This document shows, in pieces, positions 18,411-28,021 of a stretch of DNA of 54,295 bases. The DNA is from an uncultured Bacilli bacterium. GTDB lineage: Bacteria; Bacillota_I; Bacilli_A; RF39; UBA660. The notes beneath the pieces are model-generated. The model had not been told where the DNA came from and did no database searches. It saw only the letters and a program-made list of their open reading frames with translations. Numbering within the stretch: the stretch's first letter is position 1; the number at the start of each line of letters is the position of its first letter. The position numbers and the translations under genes are program-made. The stretch covers positions 1 to 54,295 of the forward strand of contig CANQMM010000003.1 of the NCBI GenBank assembly GCA_947624955.1. The letters run 5' to 3'.

Positions 18411-18987
18411 AGAATATACTAAAGTTCAAAGTCCGGAAGAATTAATGAATTTTATGAATAAGTATATCACTTATGGCTTAGTGGATAATGGTGAGGTATA
18501 TACCGGAGCTAACCCGGATAAATTTGAATGGGCTTGTAAAAATCGGTGGCATTTAGCTACTAAAGATGAGTTAGCGAAAATCGGTTATGGGCACTGTTTT
18601 GACCAAGTGGAGTTAGAAAGAGATTGGTTTCAAAAGCACGGTTATGAGGTCAAAAGTTTCTTCATATGGTTTCAATTAGATTATCCTAATAATTATACAA
18701 TGCATACTTATTTGGTTTATAAAGAGGGGGATTTATGGAAATTATTTGAACATTCGGATTATTTAAATCGGGGAATAAGAGCATTTAATAGTTTGGAAGA
18801 GGCCGTTAAATTTCAAAAGAATAACCATATAAAGACGAACAGGGAACAGCAAGATATTAGCAAAGAGGAATTAGCTAGTTTAAAAATTTATGAATATGGT
18901 GAACCAACTACTAGTTATAATTTTGCAGACTTTCTAGATTATATTTTAGAACAAGGAAAAAGTTGGGAAGAAAAAATAGAGCTATAA
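18403..18987 (+). CDS. Transglutaminase-like (Cys-His) hypothetical protein
   Basis: GHCFDQVEL, HTYLVY and WKLFE resemble a papain/transglutaminase-fold triad; ATG 18403 overlaps the nrdG stop. Confidence 0.5.
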   Translation: MYEEYTKVQSPEELMNFMNKYITYGLVDNGEVYTGANPDKFEWACKNRWHLATKDELAKIGYGHCFDQVELERDWFQKHGYEVKSFFIWFQLDYPNNYTMHTYLVYKEGDLWKLFEHSDYLNRGIRAFNSLEEAVKFQKNNHIKTNREQQDISKEELASLKIYEYGEPTTSYNFADFLDYILEQGKSWEEKIEL

Positions 18988-18996
18988 GGCTCTATT
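18975..18996. terminator. Hairpin between convergent genes, probable bidirectional terminator
   Basis: AATAGAGC-tataag-GCTCTATT, with an A-tract on the left. Confidence 0.55.
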
Positions 18997-20215
18997 AATT
19001 TTGGGGAATTTGTTTGATTATTTCTTGGTGTTCGGGACTATTGAGATAACTATTAGGTAGGGATTGGTAATCAGTTAAGTAAGTTAATTTGGTAGTTAAG
19101 ATATGACGAACGGAATTATCAATTTGCTCTTCAGTTAGATTACCTTTTTGAATAGCTTCTTTAATTTTGGCTACGGCACTAGAACAAGATGTAGGCATTA
19201 GGAGGATATCGACACCGGCATTAATCGCATAGGTATAGATTTCTTCTTCTGAATAATTAAGAGTTAAGGCTTGCATATTTAGGGCATCCGTAATGACTAA
19301 ACCTTGGTAATTTAATTCGTTTTTTAAAAAATCGGTAATAAGTGCTTTCGACAAACTAGCAGGAGTGTTATCAATAGTTAGTGATGGAACAGCGAGATGA
19401 CCAATCATAATCACTTGGGCATTGCTAGCAATGGCTTTTTTAAAAGGTACTAAATCACTATTTAATAATTCTTCTTTAGATTTAGTGATGACCGGTAAGT
19501 CATAGTGGGAGTCTTTAGAGGTACTACCGTGACCGGGGAAATGTTTATATACCGGAATGACACCATTATCAAGTAAGCCTTGAGCTAGCGCTGTACCCAT
19601 TGAAGCAACTACATCTTTATCCGTACCGAAGCTTCTTGAACCAATAACGGTGTTATTAGGATTAGATATGACATCGATGACGGGAGCAAAATCTAAATTA
19701 ACACCAATAGTGCGTAGTTCTTCGGCGATGACTTTACCAACTTGACTAGCTAAAGCGGGATCGTTAGTTTGCCCTAGGAGGGCCATACTAGGAATATCGG
19801 AGACAGTGGTACCCGTAAGACTTTTCATTCTTTGGACAAGACCACCTTCTTGGTCAATGGAAATAAACATCGGGATAGTAGCAGTATTTTGCATGTCTTG
19901 GACAAAATTCCTAGTGCTTGCATAGTCAGTAAAATTATTAGCAAATAAGATGAATCCCCCGGGGTGATAAGTAGTTAGCGTTTCTTGTAAGTCGGGACTT
20001 AAAGAAGTGTCATTAGTTGTAATAATTAACATTTGCGCAATCTTTTCATCCAAAGACATCTGCGATAGCAATTCAGCTACTTGTTTTTGGATTTCTTCTT
20101 CTGGATTTTTTTCGGAATTATTCGGTTTTTCACTTTCTTTTGGTCTACGGATAAAGTATATTAAACCTCCTAGTAGTAAAATAAGTAAAAGAATAACAGG
20201 TAAATATTTTTTCAT
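18995..20215 (-). CDS. nagZ: Membrane-anchored GH3 beta-N-acetylhexosaminidase (NagZ-like)
   Basis: DQEGGLVQR, FAPVID, KHFPGHG..DSH, ITDALNM; N-terminal TM. Confidence 0.88.
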   Translation of the reverse strand: MKKYLPVILLLILLLGGLIYFIRRPKESEKPNNSEKNPEEEIQKQVAELLSQMSLDEKIAQMLIITTNDTSLSPDLQETLTTYHPGGFILFANNFTDYASTRNFVQDMQNTATIPMFISIDQEGGLVQRMKSLTGTTVSDIPSMALLGQTNDPALASQVGKVIAEELRTIGVNLDFAPVIDVISNPNNTVIGSRSFGTDKDVVASMGTALAQGLLDNGVIPVYKHFPGHGSTSKDSHYDLPVITKSKEELLNSDLVPFKKAIASNAQVIMIGHLAVPSLTIDNTPASLSKALITDFLKNELNYQGLVITDALNMQALTLNYSEEEIYTYAINAGVDILLMPTSCSSAVAKIKEAIQKGNLTEEQIDNSVRHILTTKLTYLTDYQSLPNSYLNSPEHQEIIKQIPQN

Positions 20216-20351
20216 AACAACAGCTCCTTACTTAAATTAATTGTACTCTCTTTTAAATATTTAATCTATATTTCCTTAATAATTTGACAAAATATTTTAG
20301 GCTTTTAATTTCGCTTGTTTTATCTTATAATATAAGACTGGTGGTGAAGGT

Positions 20352-21140
20352 ATGCCATTTATAAGCTGTGAAAAAGTTAATTATAGTTATAAGCAAGGAC
20401 AAGTTTTAAAGGACTTGGATTTTAGAGTGGAAAAGCCTTCAAATATAGCAATTATTGGACCTAGCGGATCAGGGAAGACAACGTTACTTAAATTATTAAA
20501 TGGTAGTTTATTCGGTAATGGGGAAATAATCGTCAATGATCAAGTAGTCGATATTACATCTTTAAAGAGTATTAAAAGAAAAGTAAGTTTAGTATTAGAT
20601 GATGATATCTTTGTTAAAGAAAGAGTTATAGATATCTTAAAACAACCTTTTAGTAATTTAGTCTTAAAACCGAGTGAAGCGGAACAACGACTAGCAAGTA
20701 TTATCGATTATTTTAACTTAGAGGGAATTCTAAATGAGAATATTGAGGATTTAAAAGTTAGAGATAAGATTTTAATTAAAATACTAGCAGGGATTATTAC
20801 GAAACCGGAAATTGTATTATTAGATGATGTAGTCGGACATTTAATCGAAGAAGATAAAAATTTATTATTTAAATATTTAAAGAAAGAAAGAATTTATTTT
20901 GTTATGACTACTTCGGTGATGGAAGACGTAATGTTTGCCGATTACTTAGTAGTACTCTATAAAGGGGCTGTGGCGATAGAGGGAAAAACTTTAAGTGTAT
21001 TAAAAGAAGAAAAATTAATAAGAAGATTAGGATTTAATTTACCATTCTATGTCGATTTATCAATTCAATTAGGACTTTATGGAGTAGTCGATGGAATGTA
21101 TTTAAATAAGGAAGATATGGTGAGCGCTATATGGAAATAG
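20352..21140 (+). CDS. ecfA1: ECF transporter ATPase EcfA1-like, degenerate
   Basis: Walker A GPSGSGKTT intact, but the signature motif, catalytic Glu (LLDDV) and H-loop are altered; EcfA-type C-terminal G..LPF...L tail; syntenic upstream of truA. Confidence 0.65.
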   Translation: MPFISCEKVNYSYKQGQVLKDLDFRVEKPSNIAIIGPSGSGKTTLLKLLNGSLFGNGEIIVNDQVVDITSLKSIKRKVSLVLDDDIFVKERVIDILKQPFSNLVLKPSEAEQRLASIIDYFNLEGILNENIEDLKVRDKILIKILAGIITKPEIVLLDDVVGHLIEEDKNLLFKYLKKERIYFVMTTSVMEDVMFADYLVVLYKGAVAIEGKTLSVLKEEKLIRRLGFNLPFYVDLSIQLGLYGVVDGMYLNKEDMVSAIWK

Positions 21141-21961
21141 AATTTAATGACCTTTTATATGCGCAGAATAATAATATTAATGAAGGGATTATCTATCTTA
21201 ACCAAGTAAATTATAAGTTTACGAGTGGGAACATTTATGCTTTAATTGGGGATGCTAGAGAGGTAGTAGGACGTTTATTAGTTCTTGATAAAAGACCAAC
21301 TAAAGGGGAATTAAAAATAGATGGTACAGTTATTAAAAAGACAGCAAAAGTAGATAATCTTGATGAGTTAAAAAAGAGTTTAGTATTTATCGATTTTAGT
21401 GCTAAATATAAGTTTGCAAAGGAAAGCTTCCTCGATGAGTTAAGATTTTTATTAGGTAATCGACGAATTAGTAAAGATGTGAAAGAACTAGCGATTAATT
21501 CTCTGATAATGGTGGGTTTAGATGCTTCTTATATCGAGAGAAATTTATGGGAGTTATCGACCTCGGAAAGTAAGAAAGTCCTACTAGCTTTAAATCTTTG
21601 TTTAAATCCGAAAGTATTGGTTTTAAAAGATTTAGAATATGGATTAATCTATAAAGAAAGAATTAAACTAAAACGATTATTGTTGAAATTAAAAAATTAT
21701 AATAAAGTGATCTTTATAATATCAAGAGATGTAGAGTTTTTATTCGATTTAGTGAATAAAGTATTAGTATTCGATGAGGGTCAGTTAGTCTTAGATGGCG
21801 ATAAGAATGCTTTTTATGAAAAGATTATTTATGAGTATTTAGATGAAGCAAAGATTATTGAATTTATTAAATATGTCAATAGTAAAAAACATAATATATT
21901 ACCTTATACAGACATTAAAGAATTAATTAAAGGAATATTTAGGGATGTGGAAAGTAAGTAG
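21131..21961 (+). CDS. ecfA2: ECF transporter ATPase EcfA2-like, degenerate
   Basis: ABC fold remnants (RPTKGEL, MVGLDASYIERNLWELSTSE, NPKVLVL); Walker A, Walker B and H-loop are lost. Confidence 0.6.
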   Translation: MEIEFNDLLYAQNNNINEGIIYLNQVNYKFTSGNIYALIGDAREVVGRLLVLDKRPTKGELKIDGTVIKKTAKVDNLDELKKSLVFIDFSAKYKFAKESFLDELRFLLGNRRISKDVKELAINSLIMVGLDASYIERNLWELSTSESKKVLLALNLCLNPKVLVLKDLEYGLIYKERIKLKRLLLKLKNYNKVIFIISRDVEFLFDLVNKVLVFDEGQLVLDGDKNAFYEKIIYEYLDEAKIIEFIKYVNSKKHNILPYTDIKELIKGIFRDVESK

Positions 21962-21969
21962 GTGGCAGG

Positions 21970-22695
21970 ATGCGATATCTAATTAAATTTAGTTATGATG
22001 GTAGTAAGTTTAATGGATTTCAAAGTTTAAAGAGCCATGATGGAGTGCAGAATAAATTAGATGAAGCTTTAAGTATCATCAATAAAGCGCCGGTTCATTG
22101 TAAGGGTGCGGGAAGAACGGATAGAGGAGTTCACGCTTATAATCAAGCAGCGCATTTCGATTTAGATGTTAATGTTCCGCCGGAAAGATTAAAAAGGGCA
22201 CTTAACTCGTTAGTGGGGGATTATATTCATATAAATGAATGCGTTGAAGTAGCTAAAGATTTTCACGCACGTTTTAATGTTCAAAGAAAACGCTATATTT
22301 ATAAGATATATCAAGGAGTTTATGACCCGCTATTATTCGACTATGCCGAATTTGTTAGCAAGCCATTAGATGTTGCTTTGATGCAAGAGGGAGCAAAACT
22401 TTATGAAGGAGTACACGACTTTCGCGATTTTGTCTCCGGAGTACGAAAGAATTATGAAGCCATTATCTATGAGGTAAAAATTACTAAAGATGGGGATTAT
22501 ATCATCATTAGTTTTGAAGGAAAAAGTTTTTACCGATATATGGTAAGAAATTTAGTCGGGGCATTAATTGATGTAGGTTTGCATAAACATAGTTTAGAAG
22601 AATTAAAATCAGCTCTAAATGGTGGAAAAATCCATATAAATACTGCTAAAGCGAAGGGACTTTACTTAGAAATGGTAAGTTATGAGGAAAAATAG
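21970..22695 (+). CDS. truA: tRNA pseudouridine(38-40) synthase
   Basis: YDGSKFNGFQ, AGRTDRGVHA, FHARF and YMVRNLVG. Confidence 0.97.
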   Translation: MRYLIKFSYDGSKFNGFQSLKSHDGVQNKLDEALSIINKAPVHCKGAGRTDRGVHAYNQAAHFDLDVNVPPERLKRALNSLVGDYIHINECVEVAKDFHARFNVQRKRYIYKIYQGVYDPLLFDYAEFVSKPLDVALMQEGAKLYEGVHDFRDFVSGVRKNYEAIIYEVKITKDGDYIIISFEGKSFYRYMVRNLVGALIDVGLHKHSLEELKSALNGGKIHINTAKAKGLYLEMVSYEEK

Positions 22696-22705
22696 TCGAA
22701 TTTGT

Positions 22706-22812
22706 TTGACTTTTAGGGACTAATTGAATATAATTTTAAATGGTACATTTTATTTATCCAGTGTCTCAAGCCCTGGGAAAGCGGAAAGATGCGGATAGTG
22801 AAAGGAAATTAT
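22706..22812 (+). promoter_or_regulatory. SigA promoter and probable L13 leader (autoregulatory 5' UTR)
   Basis: TTGACT-17-TATAAT (22706-22734) followed by a GC-richer structured leader (TATCC...AAGCCCTGGGAAA...GGATA) before rplM. Confidence 0.6.
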
Positions 22813-22813
22813 T

Positions 22814-23245
22814 ATGACAACATTTATGCAAAAGAAAGAAACTGTAGAACGTAAATGGTATGTAATCGATGCTGAAGGAGTTAGTTTAGGAAGAGTGGCT
22901 ACTAAAGTAGCAGGTATTCTAAGAGGTAAGCATAAACCTACTTATACTCCGCATGTCGATTGTGGCGACTATGTCATTGTAATTAATGCAGCTAAAGTTA
23001 ATTTAACTGGAAGTAAGTTAACTGACAAGATGTATTACAATCATAGTGGTTATCCAGGAGGATTAAGAGAGAGAAATGCTCAAGAAATGATTGAGAAGTA
23101 TCCGGAAGAAATGATGGAAAGAGCTATCAAAGGAATGCTTCCTAAAGGAAGATTAGGTAGACAAATGTATAAGAAACTATTTGTTTATGCTGATGAAAAT
23201 CATAATCATCAAGCACAAAAACCAATAGAAATGAAAGTTCTTTAA
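22814..23245 (+). CDS. rplM: 50S ribosomal protein L13
   Basis: [25 protein letters not shown] and HSGYPGG. Confidence 0.99.
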   Translation: MTTFMQKKETVERKWYVIDAEGVSLGRVATKVAGILRGKHKPTYTPHVDCGDYVIVINAAKVNLTGSKLTDKMYYNHSGYPGGLRERNAQEMIEKYPEEMMERAIKGMLPKGRLGRQMYKKLFVYADENHNHQAQKPIEMKVL

Positions 23246-23258
23246 GGAGGTTTAATAG

Positions 23259-23675
23259 ATGGCTAATCAAGTATGGACAGCAACAGGTAGAAGAAAACGT
23301 TCTTCTGCGCAAGTTAGAATGACTAGTGGTAGTGGTAAGATTTTAGTTAACGGTGTTGATGTTAATGAATATATGCCTTATCCTACATTAGTTATGGATT
23401 TAAAACAACCTTTAGTTGCTACTGGTAATGAAGATAAATTTGATATCGAGGTAACTGTTAAAGGTGGAGGTTTCTCCGGCCAAACAGGCGCTATCAGATT
23501 AGGTATTACTAGAGCATTGATGGAATATGATAAAAATACTGACCAAACAAGAGAAGATGCTTACAGAAGAGTATTAAAAAATGCTGGTTTTGTAACAAGA
23601 GATCCAAGAGTTAAAGAAAGAAAGAAACCTGGTCTTAAAAAAGCTCGTAGAGCACCTCAATTCTCAAAGAGATAA
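23259..23675 (+). CDS. rpsI: 30S ribosomal protein S9
   Basis: TGRRKRS, GGGFSGQTGAIRLGI and KKARRAPQFSKR. Confidence 0.99.
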   Translation: MANQVWTATGRRKRSSAQVRMTSGSGKILVNGVDVNEYMPYPTLVMDLKQPLVATGNEDKFDIEVTVKGGGFSGQTGAIRLGITRALMEYDKNTDQTREDAYRRVLKNAGFVTRDPRVKERKKPGLKKARRAPQFSKR

Positions 23676-23689
23676 TCGTTTACAGTTGG

Positions 23690-23713
23690 AAGTCCAAAGT
23701 ATTGGGCTTTTTT
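23690..23713 (+). terminator. Intrinsic terminator after rpsI
   Basis: AAGTCCAA-agta-TTGGGCTTTTTTT. Confidence 0.75.
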
Positions 23714-23767
23714 TGTGGGGTGTTTTGTATACAAAGGGTATTTGTGGTATAATGAACTAGTGAAGTA

Positions 23768-26700
23768 ATGATGAAAAAGAATTATAAAATTGGTGTTGAT
23801 ATTGGTTCGACAACTGTTAAATTAGTTATAATGGATAGGAACAATCAAATTGTATATAAAGCTTATAAAAGACACTTATCAGATACTAAAAAGACGATTA
23901 TAAGTTTATTTAAATCAGGGTTAAAAAAGATTGATGATGCTAAATGTTCTTTAGTATTTACGGGTAGCGGCGCTATATCTTTAGCCAAATATCTAAAAGT
24001 TCCTTTTGTTCAGGAAGTAATTGCGTGTAAGAATGCAATTGTGGCTTATAATCCGGACGTCAATGTGGCTATTGAACTCGGTGGAGAAGATGCCAAAATT
24101 ATCTATTTTGATCAGACGATAGAAGAACGAATGAATGGTTCGTGTGCAGGGGGTACAGGAGCTTTCTTAGACCAAATGGCTATATTATTAAATACGACGA
24201 CTAAAGGATTAAATGACTTGGCTTTAAAAGGAAAGGTTATTTATCCGATTGCATCTCGATGCGGAGTATTCGCGAAAACGGATGTCCAACCACTATTAAA
24301 TGAAGGGGTTAAAAAGGAAGATATTGCGCTATCGATTATGCAGGCGGTCGTCAATCAAACGATAAGCGGTCTAGCTTGTGGAAAACCAATTAGAGGGAAA
24401 GTAATATTTCTCGGTGGGCCTTTAAATTATTTAAGTACTTTGAAGACGAGGTTTGTCCGCACTCTGAATTTAAAGCCGGATGAAGCAATTTCTCCTAAAG
24501 ATGCTAACTTGTTTGTATGTATGGGAGCGATAATCGATAAGGGTAAAAGAAAGTATTACACTATCGCAGAAATTAAAGAGATATTAAATAAAATCAAAAA
24601 CTTTAATGAGGAAAGTACGACAAGTTTAACGCCATTATTTAAAGATGAAGAAGATTACCACAACTTTGTGGTACGTCATGAACAATATAAAGTTGCGCGA
24701 AGAGATTTAAAGACTTATAAGGGCAATGCTTTTCTAGGAATAGATGCCGGTTCAACAACCGCGAAAATTGTATTAATTGATGATAAGGGTGCCTTATTAT
24801 ATGATGATTATCAAAGTAATAAAGGAACGCCATTTGATACCGTTAAAGAAATGTTAAATAAATTATATGCCGTTTTACCAAAGTCGGTGATAATTAGAAA
24901 TGCCGGTTCGACAGGTTATGGAGAGATGTTAATAAAGACGGCCTTTAATTTAGATATTTCCGAGGTAGAGACGATTGCTCACTTTGAAGCCGCAAATTAC
25001 TTTTTAAAGGGCGTGGAAAGTATCATCGATATCGGTGGACAGGATATGAAATATATTCGAATTAGGGATAATTCGGTAAATAGTATAATGCTTAATGAAG
25101 CTTGTTCATCAGGGTGTGGTTCATTTATTGAGACATTAGCGAAATCTTTAAATATGGAAGTTAAAGATTTTGTTAAACTAGCAGTAACTAGTAAACATCC
25201 TTTGGATTTGGGCTCAAGATGTACGGTATTTATGAATTCCAAAATTAAGCAAACGCAAAAGGAAGGAAGGCCACTAGAAGATATTTTTGCCGGACTTGCT
25301 TATTCGGTTGTTAAAAATGCTATTACTAAAGTAATGAAAATTCGCGATATTAGTAGTATTGGGAATAAGATTGTCGTGCAAGGGGGGACTTTCTTAAATG
25401 ATGCCGTTTTAAGAGCTTTTGAAATAATTACTGGTAAGGAGGTAATTCGTCCAGACATTGCCGGTTTAATGGGGGCTTATGGGATAGCGCTGATTGCTCT
25501 TAATAATTATGAACAATATACTGATAAAGACGTTGTTAGTGCGATTTTAAATCAAGAACAGATGAATAATTTAGAGGTAAAAACAAGCCATACACGTTGT
25601 CAGGGATGTGAAAATCACTGTGCTTTAACGGTCAATATGTTTAATAAAAAAGTCTTTATCTCGGGTAATCGTTGTGAAAAAGGTAGCGGTAACAATGGTA
25701 GCAATAGTATGTTACCTAATATGTATAAGTGGAAATATGACCGTTTATTTAATTATCAACCACTCGATAAACCAACTAGAGGAGAAATCGGTATTCCTAG
25801 GGTCTTAAATATGTATGAGAATTATCCTTTATGGTTTACTATATTTACGGAATTAGGATTTAAAGTAGTTATCAGTGATAGCTCTAGTCGAGCATTATAT
25901 GAATCGGGGATGGAGTCGATACCAAGTGAATCTGTTTGTTATCCGGCTAAATTGGTCCACGGTCATATTAAGAATTTAATTAATAAAGGAGTTAAAACGA
26001 TATTTTATCCTTGTTTAAAATACGAAAGAGATGAATTTGCTTCTTCCGATAATCATTATAATTGTCCGGTAGTACAGAGTTATTCCGAAGTTATTAAATT
26101 AAATATGGAAGACTTAAGGAAGAATAAGATTAAATATATTAATCCTTTCTTGCCAATTGAAGAAGATAAATTATGGAAAAGACTTGGGGAGTTAGAAGAA
26201 TTTAAAGAATATAAATTTAGTAAAGAAGAATTAAAAAAAGCCGTGCATAAGGGTTTTAATGAGTTAACTAAATTTAAAGAGGAAGTAAGAAATAAGGGCG
26301 AAGAGTTCATCAAATATATTAATGAACACGATGAGAAGGCAATCGTTTTAGCCGGTAGACCATATCATCTAGATAAGGAAATAAATCACGGTATTGATAC
26401 GATGATTAATAGTTTGGGCTTAGCGGTTTTAACGGAAGATGCCATTTGTCATTTAAGTAAGATTGAGTCCAAATTGCGCGTTGTCGATCAGTGGTCTTAT
26501 CATTCACGCGTATATAATGCCGCGGATGTGGTTAGTCAGTATAATAATTTGGAATTAGTTGAACTCAACTCTTTCGGTTGTGGACTTGATGCAATTGTTA
26601 CCGACCAAGCTGAAGAGATATTGAAAGCGAATAATCGGTTATATACAACGATAAAGATAGATGAAATTAATAATTTAGGAGCGGTAAAGATTCGGATTAG

Positions 26701-27997
26701 ATCTTTGATAGCTTCAATGAATAAGCGAATTAATAATGTTCAAGATTATAAACCTTATAAGTATCAAAAGAATTACTTTAAAAAGGAAGATCGAAAGAAG
26801 ACAATATTATTTCCTAATATGTCACCAAATCATATGCCAATATTTGAGAGTTTACTAAATAGTGAAGGTTATAAAGCAGTATATTTAAAAAAGACAACGG
26901 ATAAAACGGTAGATACCGGGTTAAAGTATGTCAATAATGATGCTTGCTATCCGGCGATAATTGTCATCGGTCAGTTAATCGACGCCTTAAAAAGTGGTAA
27001 ATATGATTTAAATAATACCTCGGTAATGATTACCCAAACAGGGGGCGGATGCCGAGCGACGAATTATATTGGATTACTTAGAAAAGCGCTTAAAGATGCC
27101 GGATTTGATATGGTACCGGTCTTGTCACTAAATTTATCGGGATTGGAAAAAGAACAAGATTTTAAAATCAATTTAACTTTAATTAATAAAGCCGTTCAAG
27201 CAGTCGTTTATGGCGATTTATTAGCGAAACTTCTATATGCAACAAGACCTTATGAGGTTAAAAAAGGTGAAAGTCAAAAAGTATATGATAAGTGGCTAAA
27301 GATTGTTTGTAACTCAGTTAAAAACGGGAAAGTTAACGAGTATAAAAAGAATATTAAAGCGATGATTACCGACTTTAAAAATGTTCAAGTTAAATTAGTA
27401 AATAAGCCAAAAGTAGGCATAGTTGGCGAAATACTTGTGAAGTATCACGATTATGCTAATGATGATTTAGTATTAAAGTTAGAAAAAGAAGGAGCTGAAG
27501 TATTCTTACCGGATTTAATGGGATTTGTAAAATACTGTTGTTTCGATGGTATCGCTAATGAAAAGTTATTAAAGACGAGTAAAACACCGGCATTATTCAA
27601 TAAAGCCGCTTTGGATATTTTGCATAAATATGAAGCACCGGTTAGGGAAGCGCTAAAAGGAACAAGATATCGCAATGTAACGGACATTTATGAACTTGCT
27701 AAGAACGTAACCGGGATTTTATCGGTAGGTAACCAGACGGGTGAAGGATGGTTCTTGACTGCCGAGATGATCGAGTTAATAAAAGATGGCATTCCTAATA
27801 TCGTTTGTGTTCAACCATTTGCTTGTCTACCTAATCATATAGTAGGAAAGAGTGTTATTAAAAGAGTTAAAGAACTTTATCAAGAAGCTAATATCGTGGC
27901 CATTGATTATGATCCGGGAGCAAGTCATACTAATCAAATCAATCGGATTAAGTTAATGCTTACAGTAGCGAAAGATAATATGACAATAAAAAAATAA
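23768..27997 (+). CDS. Fused CoA-substrate enzyme activase / 2-hydroxyacyl-CoA dehydratase-like protein (2x BcrAD/BadFG + DUF2229)
   Basis: Two ASKHA modules (GVDIGSTTVK and GIDAGSTTAK; MNGSCAGGTG and LNEACSSGCGSF), plus CYPAK, SFGCGLD and QPFACLPNH motifs. Confidence 0.9.
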   Translation: MMKKNYKIGVDIGSTTVKLVIMDRNNQIVYKAYKRHLSDTKKTIISLFKSGLKKIDDAKCSLVFTGSGAISLAKYLKVPFVQEVIACKNAIVAYNPDVNVAIELGGEDAKIIYFDQTIEERMNGSCAGGTGAFLDQMAILLNTTTKGLNDLALKGKVIYPIASRCGVFAKTDVQPLLNEGVKKEDIALSIMQAVVNQTISGLACGKPIRGKVIFLGGPLNYLSTLKTRFVRTLNLKPDEAISPKDANLFVCMGAIIDKGKRKYYTIAEIKEILNKIKNFNEESTTSLTPLFKDEEDYHNFVVRHEQYKVARRDLKTYKGNAFLGIDAGSTTAKIVLIDDKGALLYDDYQSNKGTPFDTVKEMLNKLYAVLPKSVIIRNAGSTGYGEMLIKTAFNLDISEVETIAHFEAANYFLKGVESIIDIGGQDMKYIRIRDNSVNSIMLNEACSSGCGSFIETLAKSLNMEVKDFVKLAVTSKHPLDLGSRCTVFMNSKIKQTQKEGRPLEDIFAGLAYSVVKNAITKVMKIRDISSIGNKIVVQGGTFLNDAVLRAFEIITGKEVIRPDIAGLMGAYGIALIALNNYEQYTDKDVVSAILNQEQMNNLEVKTSHTRCQGCENHCALTVNMFNKKVFISGNRCEKGSGNNGSNSMLPNMYKWKYDRLFNYQPLDKPTRGEIGIPRVLNMYENYPLWFTIFTELGFKVVISDSSSRALYESGMESIPSESVCYPAKLVHGHIKNLINKGVKTIFYPCLKYERDEFASSDNHYNCPVVQSYSEVIKLNMEDLRKNKIKYINPFLPIEEDKLWKRLGELEEFKEYKFSKEELKKAVHKGFNELTKFKEEVRNKGEEFIKYINEHDEKAIVLAGRPYHLDKEINHGIDTMINSLGLAVLTEDAICHLSKIESKLRVVDQWSYHSRVYNAADVVSQYNNLELVELNSFGCGLDAIVTDQAEEILKANNRLYTTIKIDEINNLGAVKIRIRSLIASMNKRINNVQDYKPYKYQKNYFKKEDRKKTILFPNMSPNHMPIFESLLNSEGYKAVYLKKTTDKTVDTGLKYVNNDACYPAIIVIGQLIDALKSGKYDLNNTSVMITQTGGGCRATNYIGLLRKALKDAGFDMVPVLSLNLSGLEKEQDFKINLTLINKAVQAVVYGDLLAKLLYATRPYEVKKGESQKVYDKWLKIVCNSVKNGKVNEYKKNIKAMITDFKNVQVKLVNKPKVGIVGEILVKYHDYANDDLVLKLEKEGAEVFLPDLMGFVKYCCFDGIANEKLLKTSKTPALFNKAALDILHKYEAPVREALKGTRYRNVTDIYELAKNVTGILSVGNQTGEGWFLTAEMIELIKDGIPNIVCVQPFACLPNHIVGKSVIKRVKELYQEANIVAIDYDPGASHTNQINRIKLMLTVAKDNMTIKK

Positions 27998-28021
27998 ATA
28001 TATTTATAAGGGAGGCTGATT

